DNA from: Octopus sinensis
Lineage: Eukaryota
Assembly: GCF_006345805.1 (NCBI RefSeq)
Contig: NC_042998.1
Coordinates: 82,460,001 to 82,524,000, forward strand
Direction: 5' to 3'
DNA: 64,000 nucleotides
Shown here: one piece after another, positions 12,349 through 23,334 of the stretch
Numbering within the stretch: position 1 is the stretch's first letter
Layout of the letters: each line of letters opens with the position of its first letter
Made by a program: the position numbers and the translations under genes
Notes under the pieces: model-generated
Told to the model about the DNA's origin: nothing
The model's input: only the letters and a program-made list of their open reading frames with translations
Database searches by the model: none

Positions 12349-15300
12349 AAGCTGTTTTTATGTTGACGATTAATAATAGTTTTACAAAACATTCATGGTG
12401 TAGTGTTGTTTTAAATTCACACTGTCTACATTGATTCTGTGAATTCGGGTTATGGCCATTAGGTCGTAACATGGCGCATTTAATTAAGCAAAAGTTATCC
12501 TTTGCCGGGCTCAGTGCACTACTACGTTAGAAACTTCCCTTGCCAAACTTTTATTCAAACATACTAATGCTAAACTACGCCATTTGGAGCACTAACTTTT
12601 TAGTTCTTGCCAAGTCCAATGTTTAAAATTGTGCACCCAAAATCCATTCTTAGACACTGTTCATTCCTAGACGGGGATCACTGCGTTTCCGCGTTGAAAA
12701 ACACTTCAAGGTTTTGAAACCTACTTATAGAAACTTCGACAATGAAAATACTGCGATTTTACTTACTGCATTCAAAGTGGACGAAGTCAGGGCGATATTT
12801 GAACTCAACTAATGCCCATGTACCGATTTACATTGCACTTAGCTCGATACACTATAGAATCAGCAAAAAAGTGCAGTATTTATGTATTGACGTTTCATGG
12901 GATTTTCGGTAGTTTCTTCCAACAATCAATTTTAGGTTAGACTCAGTGGTAAAACCGCTACTAACTATACTTACGACTGCTACGGCACCCATGTTACACT
13001 CAAACGTCCTAGAGCAGGGTCAAGCTGCTTTCTGGCTTCCGTTCCATGTCTTATTTTTCTTTGCAATCTTTTCCTTGAGGAGACCCTGGGCTACATTATA
13101 CTACAGAATTACGCATTTCCCACCGCGGAAAAGGCAGACCGGCGTTAACGGGTTACCGTTGATGTGTCAGCCACTTACTGCAGTTCGACCATGATACGAT
13201 CTCCATTGCGTAACACACCCCCTTCTCGTACCTCGGTCAATTAGGCATTCCGTTATGCACGTGTTCAGCTGTCCCTCCTGGTTATTTGACATACGGGATC
13301 GATTTCCCTGTCGCAGCAACTCATCCATTCGCTTCTACAAGCAAACAACCTTCTTGAAAACTTCCTCAGAAGTCCTCCTGGTTGAGACAGTGCTGTGAAT
13401 CGCACATTTCAGAAACACATTCAACCGTCCGATTACTCTGCCTTCCACCTACTTCCCTCACAGTAAATTGGTCATAGCCACCATTCGGTTTTCGCTTACT
13501 TTCCTTTTTCAAAGATATACCCTTTACAGTTTAAACGTTTGCTACCCATTGTGTGCAATTGCTCATTAACTCCGCTTTATTAAGACTTTCCGTTATTTCT
13601 GCCCCTCTTACACTCTCTTTCTAGGTAAATGCCTCCAAAGAAAAGACCTTTCGTCGGACGAAGAACACGAGAAGCTGTTCGACAAGCAAGGAGGCCAAGC
13701 AGTCAGCCCGACGGAACAAGTAACCATCCATTATCGGTGTCACCTGTATCCCCATTCAACTACTGGCGTACCATTCGTCGGCTACGCAAAACAGCTTCAC
13801 AAGCTGCTGCACGAGCGCGCTGATCGCAGATCTCGAAATGCTGCCACAATGGCTGCCACCCGCGCTGCTGAAACGGAAGAACAGCGTAGCCTGCGACTGC
13901 TGCTACCCGGGCTAATACGACTGAAGGTCAACGAGCACTACGCCCGTCCCATGATGCAGCATCAAGGGATTCCACACGAGCTGCCGAAACTGAACAGCTA
14001 CGTGCTCAACGACAGTCCACCAACGCAGCCTCAACAGCGTCTGCCCAAGCTGCTGAAACACCAGAACAGCATTCACGACGGCGGTCATGTAATGCTGCTT
14101 CAATTGCGTCCGCGCGAGCTAAGGAATCTGAACAGCAACGTGCTCATCGACGGTCCACCAACGCAGCCTCTGCAGCTAGTGTTCGAAATGCCGAAGCCGA
14201 TGAAGGAAGACAAAGCCGCCTTGCAGCTTCTGCCGTCCTACGAACCCCCCAGCAGGGTCTATCTGCAGTACACGATGGTTAAGGGCAGCGTTCGATTATA
14301 AACATGATCGTGATTACGCTCACCACCCCAACTTGATGATTTCCTCTATGGGAAAAGTTTGCCCCTTCTGCAATGCAAGGAAATTGCCTGGAGAACCATC
14401 TGGCATGTACTGTTCGAATGGAAAAGTCCTCCTTCCCATTTTGGATAACTCACCTGAGCCATTGCGATATCTTTTAACAGGCGCAGACAACGAATGCCGG
14501 TACTTCTGGAGCAACATGAGAAAGTATAACTGCGCCTTTCAGATGACATCATTTGGTGCGAATATCGTTCGTGAAGGCGGCATCATGCTTACATTTAAAA
14601 TTCAGGGGCATATTTACCACAGAATTGGACCCCTTCTACCTGTTGCCAACGAAACACCGCAGTTCCTCCAGGTGTACTTTATCGTTGACTACCAAACACG
14701 TCGAACTTGAACGAAGATGCCACTGTGCTCGGTGGTGAACAGCATAAACACAGAAGCATTGTCCTTTCGTGCCGTGACCAAACTGTAAAGCGCATCAATG
14801 AGACACACAGAGCATACAACCCGCTCCAGTATCCACTTCTTTTTGTGCGCAGAGAAGATGGCTACCATCTGGGTCTTCACCAGCGGGTGCCGCGCAGACA
14901 AAACGAAAGGAGTTCCAAACAGGTTTCATGCATGCAGTTCTACTCATAACACTTCGTGCTCCGTCACGAATGCGCTAACCACCTCCAGCGATCGTGCGAC
15001 CTGTTCCACCAATTTGCCGTGGATGTTTGGGCAAAAATGGAATCTAAGAGGTTATTCTATATCAGGTCTAACCAGAAGAAACTTCGATCAGACGGCTATA
15101 TCCATCTGAGGGATGGTCTCAGTAATGACGTATCACCCGGAAGGTTGGATCAGGTGCGCATCTTGCCGTTATCTTTCACCGGCGGCCCACGTTACATGTT
15201 CGAAAGAACTCAAGATGCAATGACATACGTCTGCTACTACGGGCGTCCTGACTTATTGCCTTCACTTGTAATCCTAGGTGATAGGAGGATTGTATTAGAA

Positions 15301-18300
15301 CTTTTTCAACGTCAGCAGGCCAAAGACAGACATGATCTCATTGCGCGGGTCTTCCACTTGAAGTTACACAAACTCATGAACTTCATCACCAAAGGCCAAA
15401 TATTTGGCCCCGTGCGATGCGACAGAAAAGGGGTCTTCCTCGTGCTCATATTCTAATTTGTCCACATGGATTGCATCCGATGCAATTGACAATTTGATCT
15501 CAGCCGAGTTCCCTGACCCCGCTATCGACAGGACCCTCTTTGAGACAGTGAAGGCTAATATGATCCATGGTCCCTGCAGACGAGAATTCAACCTCCGATC
15601 GCCTTGCATGAAAGGGTCAGTTTGCAGCAAGAAATACCCAAAATAATTCCTCAAGGAAACACAATCTGGGCACGATGGATGCCCTCTGTACAGACGAAGG
15701 AAGCCAGAGGACGGTGGATTCACAGTGAATGTTGGTCTGTATGAAGTAGACAACAGATGGATAGTGCCTTAATGTTCACATAAACATCGAGCTCTGCAAT
15801 TCTGTAAAGTCCATGAAATATGTGTGCAAGTATATCAACAAAGGCTCTGATACTGCTGTGTTCGGCCTGCAACCAGACAGATTCCGAGATGAAATAACAC
15901 AATACCAAGTAGGCAGGTACATAAGTAATAACGAAGCCTTCTGGCGCATTTTCGGGTTTCCACTGCATCAAAGGTATCCGCCAATCCAGCAGCTTGCAGT
16001 GCACCTTGAAAACGGCCAGTGTCTGTACTTCACCGCTTCCACTGCTGCTCGACTGATTGAGCAACCAAAAGACTAACGGCTTTCTTCAAACTCTGCCAGG
16101 TAGGCCTGTTTGAGCAAGATCTGTTTTATCCTCAAGTCCCGTCGTACTACACTTGGAATAAGTGTGAGTGGCAGCGAAGGAAGTCAGGTCGAACCGTTGA
16201 TGATTACCCTGAGATTAAATTTGATAATTTCCACGATTCACTCGGGCCAACAAGAATGCTTCTACCTCCGATTGCTGCTTCACGTGGTAAGTGGTCTAAA
16301 GTCCTTCGACCAATTGAATTGCCATACATATGCTACGTTCAGGGAGGCCTGCTTACTACGTGGGCTGTTAGAAGACGGTGCGCAGTGGGATGCTACGCTT
16401 GTGGAGACTGCTGTTACACAGTTACCGAAAAGTCTCAGAGCTCTGTTTTCCCTACTCCTGCACATTTGCCAATTTCCCGTGGTTAAAGTACAGAGGCGAC
16501 CTATTAGAAGACTTCCATTACCAGGCCCTACTGCATCATACCCGCTTGCCTGCTGAAAATGATTTCATTTACAACTGTGCTTTACTTGACATAGAGAACA
16601 AGACTTTCTCTGGGAGGTAATACCTTACCTACACACGGGCTGCTGCAACCATTGCGGCACGGGACACCTTCAATACCAACAGAGTTAATACGTGAAACGT
16701 CCTATGATACTGAAGCCCTTAATCAATACATCCAGCAAAATGAGCCCAAGCATCTTCCAGAGCAACAGTGGGCTTACAGTACCATCTTTGACCACATGCA
16801 GAAACGAAAAGGGGGTATTTATTTTTCTTGATGCACCAGGAGGGACTGGAAAAACGTTCGTTATTCAGCTTTTCCTGGTTAAAGTAAGGCACCGGAAAGA
16901 CGTATCCGTAGCTGTGGCCTCCTCTGGCATTGCAGCAACTTTGCTTCACGGTGACAGGACAGCGCACTCAACCATTAAGCTACAATTTGTTTTGGCAAGG
17001 TCCGAAGTGCCTTCCTGTAACATCACCAAAACCTCTGAAAAGGGCTTGCTTTCCGGAGTTGTCAGCTGATAGTTTGGGATGAATGCACAATGGCCCACAA
17101 GCGATCCCTCGAAACCCTCAACACCACTCTTCAAGACATCAGAGACTGCCCCGCTACGATGGGTGGTATAACTCTCCTCCTGTCTGGCGATTTCCGACAA
17201 ACGATTCTTGTAATACCCAAAGGAACCAGGGCAGATGTAGTCTGAGCCTGCCTAAAGTCCCCCCCCCTGTGGCAAAATGTTACAACATTGTCTCTCAAAA
17301 GAAATATGAGAGCGCAGCTTCGTGGTGTCCAGATGGCATCAGATTTTATATCTGACATATTGTCAATCGGAAACGGTGTTGTTCCGCTCGATGAAAACGG
17401 AGAACTGTCACTCCGTACCCCTGTCATTAATTCCGATGAACTAGAAGCACATGTCTATCCAAATCTCCAAAGGAACTACCTTGACATGAATTAGAATTCC
17501 GAAAGAGACATTTTGGCTCCCAAAAACAGCACAGTGACCGCTCTCAACGCTAAGCTGCTGCATTCGCTTCCCGAAGGCTGCACGTGTACGGGTCAATTGA
17601 TTATGTACCCGACGACGACCAAGCAGTGAACTATCCAGTAGAGTTTCTTAATTCCCTTGACCTACCTGGCTTGCCTCCTCATACACTGGAAGTTAAAGTC
17701 GGGGTCTCCTACCATGCTGCTGAGTATATTTAGACCCTCCAAAGCTTTGCAATGGGATACGTTTGGTTATTAAGAAGGCTATACAGTACGTTCTTGAAGT
17801 CACCATTTTTCCGGTTGTGGCAAAGGAGAGGACGTTTTCATCGCCAGAATCCCCCACATTCCACCTGGTGCAGATATTCTCTTTGTATTTCGCCGTCTGT
17901 AGTTCCCGCTTAGATTATGTTTTGCAAAGTCAATCAATAAGTCACAGGGGCAGACACTATCGGTGGCAGGGCTGCATTTAGATGAATCATTCTCACACGG
18001 TCAGCTATACGTCGGTTGTTCCCGGGTGGGAAGCAAGGAAAGCCTCTTCGTTTACTCACCCCGGAGTAGAACGAAAAAATATTGTCTACCAAGAGGTATA
18101 AGGAGGAGACTTCGTAAATGTTTACACTGTGAAAAGGAAACGTGCAGCTTCACAAAGCAGCCGATTTAGACATCATCCTCTCAGACGTGTGTAATGGGCT
18201 TTACATCCGCTTTTACTCTAAAACTAACAGCACACAGTCAGCCCATTTCCCAAACAGTAACCTATTAAGTTACACACCACTCAGGGCAGCATTTAGGTTT

Positions 18301-19042
18301 TTTTTACAAAAAATAGGAGGGATAATTACTCCAATAATGGCTTAAGAGGCGATCAAGCATCTTTAAGGACGTAACTTCAACCGATCAGCGTTTTCTTATG
18401 CGCTTCTAATGCATTCAATGTGTAAGCAGAAAGGAGGCATGCAATGTTACGCCAATTAACTGGTAGAGGCTTATGAAAACGGCAGAGATACACAGAACGC
18501 ATTCGCTATGACAGTTTCGGGGACTCTGCTACATAAATGGTGTGGACAAACATTCAACGTCTATACTACCCATACGTCATGACAACTAATCAACATTCAA
18601 TCACTCTCCCCATTTCAATGACGGTCGTACTTTAAGATTGTTTAAACAGCCCAATCCCCAAAAATGCTCACTTGTGAAATACACGTTTTAATTCACTCTC
18701 TATGTCTACATCTGATAAACCCAAATATAACTCTACACACCATTGCAATGTACACAACAATTTTGCATTATCGGATGGCGCCGAGCTGCAGTGATACAGA
18801 GAGGGATACAACACGAGTCACTACATGGACGGACAAGCACTTATTTGTCATAGACTTAGTGATGTCAGATTGCATTGTCAACTCTAACCTTAACCTAAAT
18901 AAAACTCTATAAAACATTGGAATGCCCAATTCATTTTTGCACTACAGATTAAGGTCCGGACTGCTGTAATGTAGACTGAAACATAACTAGACCCTCTGAA
19001 TATTTACTACTTTGACCCGTTAAACGCCGGGTATTATTGCTA

Positions 19043-19043
<1 letters not shown>
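10634..19043 (+). mobile_element. Helitron (rolling-circle transposon), decayed autonomous-type copy
   Basis: 3' end: ACCCG/CGGGT hairpin (19015-19032), then CTAG (19040-19043) followed by T. Putative 5' end A|TCTATAACATATATATAAAA at 10634, with a (TG)n tract and a GATTGACCTCACATTTTG motif. Internal Rep/helicase coding remnants. The 5' boundary is less certain than the 3'. Confidence 0.8.
13629..18101 (+). pseudogene. Helitron RepHel (HUH Rep plus Pif1-family helicase), multiply frameshifted
   Basis: In order: MPPKKR start; 23-aa repeats; CPFC..CSNGKV; KYNCAFQMTSFGA; FKIQGHIYHRIG; YNPLQYPLLF; TQDAMTYVCYYGRPDL; QKRGLPRAHIL (15423-15455, HUH with His to Arg); MIHGPC; KYVCKYINKGSD; RYISNNEAFWRIFGF; FLDAPGGTGKTF (Walker A); AVASSGIAATLL; GDFRQ; SINKSQGQT; FSHGQLYVGCSRV; KNIVYQEV stop at 18101. 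Confidence 0.95.
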
Positions 19044-19080
<37 letters not shown>

Positions 19081-19140
19081 CGAATAAAGGGTTCAACGTT
19101 GGTTCTATGTCAGCGTGTGTATATATGAATTTTTTGCGTA

Positions 19141-19349
19141 ATGAGATAAAAAAAATCAAGGCTGTATAGATATTAGACCATTTATAGATAGGTCTTACAG
19201 CTGTTTCTAGAATATTAATTAATAATAATATCCCTTTACCGTCTCCAATGAAGGGATATTATTATTAATTAATATTCTAGAAACAGCTGTATGACCTTCT
19301 ATCTATAAATACTCTAATATCTATACAGCCTTGGTTTCTTTTACCTCAT
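19141..19349. repeat. About 210-bp palindromic (fold-back) repeat
   Basis: Arms about 19141-19236 and 19251-19349. The inner 40 bp (19197-19236 vs 19251-19290) are a perfect inverted repeat around a 14-nt loop. Confidence 0.95.
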
Positions 19350-19420
19350 TATTCAAGCTTATAAAGAATACCATTATTATTATTTACCGAATTGATATAT
19401 ATATATATATGTGTGTGTGT

Positions 19421-19479
<59 letters not shown>

Positions 19480-20179
19480 CGTGTGCGTTCGTATGCTTTT
19501 GTATATGTACATATGTTAATGACAGGGAAGAAAACGGAAGAGCGAAGTAATACAACTCAGCTGGTTTGTACAGGGGTGAATAGATTATTTTTATACCTTT
19601 TTTTAAGACTTTGGGAATAGATATCGACCTCACCTTTTTTTAGTTATTTATAGACTGAATTATAGATATACATTTTTCAATAAACTAGATTCTAAATTCC
19701 ATGTACATACCTTTCTTAATAACTAGAAGAAAACTGAATTTGTACTTTAGATACAATAGATTTAAAATTTACCACTATGGTATATTGAAGTCTCTTTGTA
19801 TTTTCTGGCGACATTCATGTAAAGCAGGAAGCTGACGTCCATAACAAAGCATGCCTTTATTTTCTGGTTTTAGATAGCAATACTTCTGTGGTTGTGATAT
19901 AGTTACATAAATATGGCTTCATTCTTTTAAATCTCTGATATCTTCCTGGAAGAAGATACTGGTTTCTAATACGGAAACAAAACTCCATTGTTGGAATTTA
20001 TACAAAAGCAACAATAAGGTGCAGCTGTACGATGAATGTTAGAAAAGTCTTAACAATTTCTTGCTCTCCTTTTTACAGATCGAATTTTCAGAATACGTGA
20101 CTCATGGTCTCTTTTTTCCTGCAGAACGTTGATTTTCCATATTTGTTACAACTTATGTAAAAGTATTTACACACATGGC

Positions 20180-20345
20180 TCTGTGGATACGTAATTTGCT
20201 TCACAATTGTGACTTTTGGGTTCAGTCCTGCTTCGCGGCACTGTAAGCAAATGTCTTTTTATAAAACCCCTAGATGACCAAAGTTTTTCAAAGCATCACT
20301 TTGAGTGTCATTCGGTAGATTTGATAAAGACAGGCTTTAAAGTAG
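20180..20345 (+). mobile_element. Degenerate SINE head (family A-like)
   Basis: ATGGCTCTGTGG...TGGGTTCAGTCCTGCTTCGCGGCAC..GCAAATGTCTT resembles the family A head and core. Confidence 0.5.
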
Positions 20346-20520
20346 AAATCTGCAGTAGATTTATCGTGAACAAAGGCTAAATTAAGGCTTAAACACACCA
20401 ATATGAAGAACATTAAGAGATATTACTAGGAAAGAAAAACTATCAGTATAAACGCTTAATGTACTTCTGTCAGTGCCAGTCTTTATATGGAGTGATGAAG
20501 GGGACTACTATCTCTAAATA

Positions 20521-20631
<111 letters not shown>

Positions 20632-20692
20632 CATATATACATACATATGTATATACATAATACATACATATGTATATACATATATACATCTT

Positions 20693-20724
<32 letters not shown>

Positions 20725-20768
20725 AATCAATAAATGGTGGGGTTGTGTTGACCGCACGTGGAGAAATG

Positions 20769-20918
20769 ATAGGCAAGGAAAAATTATAAAAAGGCAGAAT
20801 TGAAGGTAAATTTTAAGAAAATTGGTGTATGGAAAATTAAAAGAAAATTTTTTAATATTAACTCTAACCGGTTTTCGTCGCAGTGCGACTTTTCAAGAAT
20901 TATAATGCGAAAAGAATT
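20769..20918 (-). repeat. About 150-bp dispersed repeat carrying a hammerhead fold (copy 2)
   Basis: Reverse-complement homolog of 6762-6923. Confidence 0.85.
20859..20902 (-). ncRNA. Type I hammerhead ribozyme fold, U3-A8 core variant
   Basis: Minus strand reads TAATTC-TTGAAAA-GTCGC(ACT)GCGAC-GAAA-ACCGGTT-A-GAGTTA. Helix I 6 bp (one G-U), helix II 5 bp, palindromic helix III, UUA triplet. Confidence 0.75.
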
Positions 20919-21418
20919 TTTTTTTTATAATTGAGGAGGGGAAAAAAGAAAATTACATTGTTTTTTGCAAAAAAAATAATAAAGATATACAAAAATTTTT
21001 AAAATAGGTACACCGATAAATTGTAAAGTCTTTGTGTATTTCGAGTTCAAAGATAGTTCTTGAAAAATTACCTTGGAGGATTAAGATCCATGTGATTAAA
21101 TCCATGTCGTGTTTAATTTAGTATGTTTGTTAAATGAATGTCAAAACAGGAATGGGGTAGGAGTTATCCAGTTCCTGTGAGTAAGGGGAGACAACTCTGT
21201 GGATTTTATGCTCTTCAATTGGGATTATCAATTTTTTGTAAGATAGGATGTTAATAAACCTTAAAGTATAAAATTATCATTTTAGCTTCATTTGCATTAT
21301 CTTTTTTGATATAATTGTTTGCTAACTTAACATTCAGATGTTAACACTTCATTTATATTGTTTACTAATTTTATAAATTTACATAAACCAATTTATAATT
21401 TCATTTCAGATTGTTGTC

Positions 21419-21471
<53 letters not shown>

Positions 21472-21489
21472 TTAAAAAAAATTAAAATA

Positions 21490-21683
21490 TTCAGACAAAT
21501 ACATAACAAAAACCCCAGGACTTACAAACACATATAACATACAGAAAATTGCACTACTAGGCACTGCGCACATCCTACGCAGAACACTTTCCATACATTA
21601 ACCATCAGAGCATCACAACAAATCACAGCACATACCCAAGGCACACAGTAGTGAAGTGAAAGCACGCTATAAAAATAAAACTA

Positions 21684-21688
<5 letters not shown>
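21490..21688 (+). mobile_element. 3'-terminal about 200-bp fragment of an R4/Dong-clade non-LTR retrotransposon
   Basis: Matches the ORF end (YSDKYITK.PGLTNTYNIQKIALLGTAHILRRTLSI) and 3' UTR of the 21747 and 32340 copies; (TAA)n on both sides. Confidence 0.9.
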
Positions 21689-21742
<54 letters not shown>

Positions 21743-21746
21743 TAAT

Positions 21747-23271
21747 AAACCAATGAAATAAAAGAATTAGACCAAAGCCAAACTTACAAATACTTAGGAA
21801 TCCATGAACTAGATAAGACACAACACACACAAATGAAAGAGAAAATAAAAAAGGAATATTACAGAGGAGTTAGATCAATACCGAAAACAGAGCTCAATGC
21901 TATAAAATAGGTAAAATGTATCAACACTTTAGCTCTCCCAGTTATAAGTTACAGCTACAATATCCTTAACTGGACACTAAATGAACTGACCAAAATAGAT
22001 AGGAAAACAAGAAAAATAATGACAGGATCTAGGATGCATCACCCAAAATCTGACATAGAAAGGCTATATATACAACGTATAGCAGGTGGTAGAGGCCTTA
22101 TACAGCTGGAAAACTACTATAAAATAACCACCATAGGACTGCAAAAATATCTACCTCAGAAGGAAGGAAAACTGATACGAATAGCGACAAAACACGAGCA
22201 AAACAAAAAACTGTTCTCAGTATTTAAGGAAGCTGACAAATACAAACAAGAAATCATACCACCTAACAAATAAAAAGAAGAAGAAGAAGAAGAAGAAGAG
22301 AAGAAGAAGAAGAAGAAGAAGAAGAAGAAGAAGAAACAACAAAAGCTACAAAACAAATGAAATCCAAACTAAAAATAGAACAGCAACGAACCATGATAAA
22401 ACGATGGCAAGAAAAGCCCCTTCACGGCAAATACTGGACTAAACTAAATGCAAAAGATATAGACAAAGAAAAATCCCAGCAATGGTTGAGAAGCTCAGGA
22501 CTCAAAGCAGAGGCAGAAGGATTTTTAATTGGAGCACAAGACCAAAGCCTCCCCACCTGAAATTACCAAAAACATGTAATGAAAAGAAATATAACAAGTA
22601 ACTGCAGAATATGTGGAGATGGACAAGAAACAATAAATCATATTATTTCTGGCTGCCCAGTCCTGGCTAAGAAGGAATATATTCACAGACACGAAAGAGT
22701 TGGGACCTATATACACTGGAAGCTATGCCAACATTATGAAATAATAACAGAAAAAAGATGATATAGGCGCACACCAGAAAAGGTCACAGAAAACGAGAAA
22801 GCAACCATACTCTGGGATATGCCAATACACACAGATAGAGAAATTAAGGCCAACAGACCAGATATAGTTGTCAGAGATCAGGAAGAAAAAAAATGTTTTC
22901 TAATTGATGTATCAATACCAGCGGATGACAACGTGTTTCTAAAAGAAATGGAGAAACTTTCAAAATACAAAGACCTGGAAATAGAGGTAACCAGAATGTG
23001 GAATCTAAAAACAGAAACAATTCCTATCATAGTAGGTGCATTAGGCATGATAAAAAAATATTCAGACAAATACATAACAAAAACACCAGGACTTACAAAC
23101 ACATATAACATACAGAAAATTGCACTACTAGGCACTGCACACATCCTACGCAGAACACTTTCCATACAGTAACCATCAGAGCATCACAACAAATCACAGC
23201 ACATACCTAAGGCACACAGAGCTGTGCTCAGTAGTGAAGTGAAAGCACGTTATAAAAATAAAACGACTGAA
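21747..23271 (+). mobile_element. 5'-truncated R4/Dong-clade non-LTR retrotransposon (RT thumb, CCHC knuckle, restriction-like endonuclease)
   Basis: HHPKSDIERLYIQR..GGRGL; CRICGDGQETINHIISGC...RH; KANRPDIVVRD..CFLIDVSIP..EKLSKYKDL; IPIIVGALG. In-frame stops at 22271, 22558 and near 22760. Flanked by (TAA)n. Confidence 0.95.
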
Positions 23272-23273
23272 TG

Positions 23274-23333
<60 letters not shown>

Positions 23334-23334
23334 G

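Noticed and set aside
19085-19120. GTCAGCGTGTG identical to the helix I and core edge of the 7667 hammerhead
   Set aside because: The rest of the core and helix II are missing; at most a remnant.
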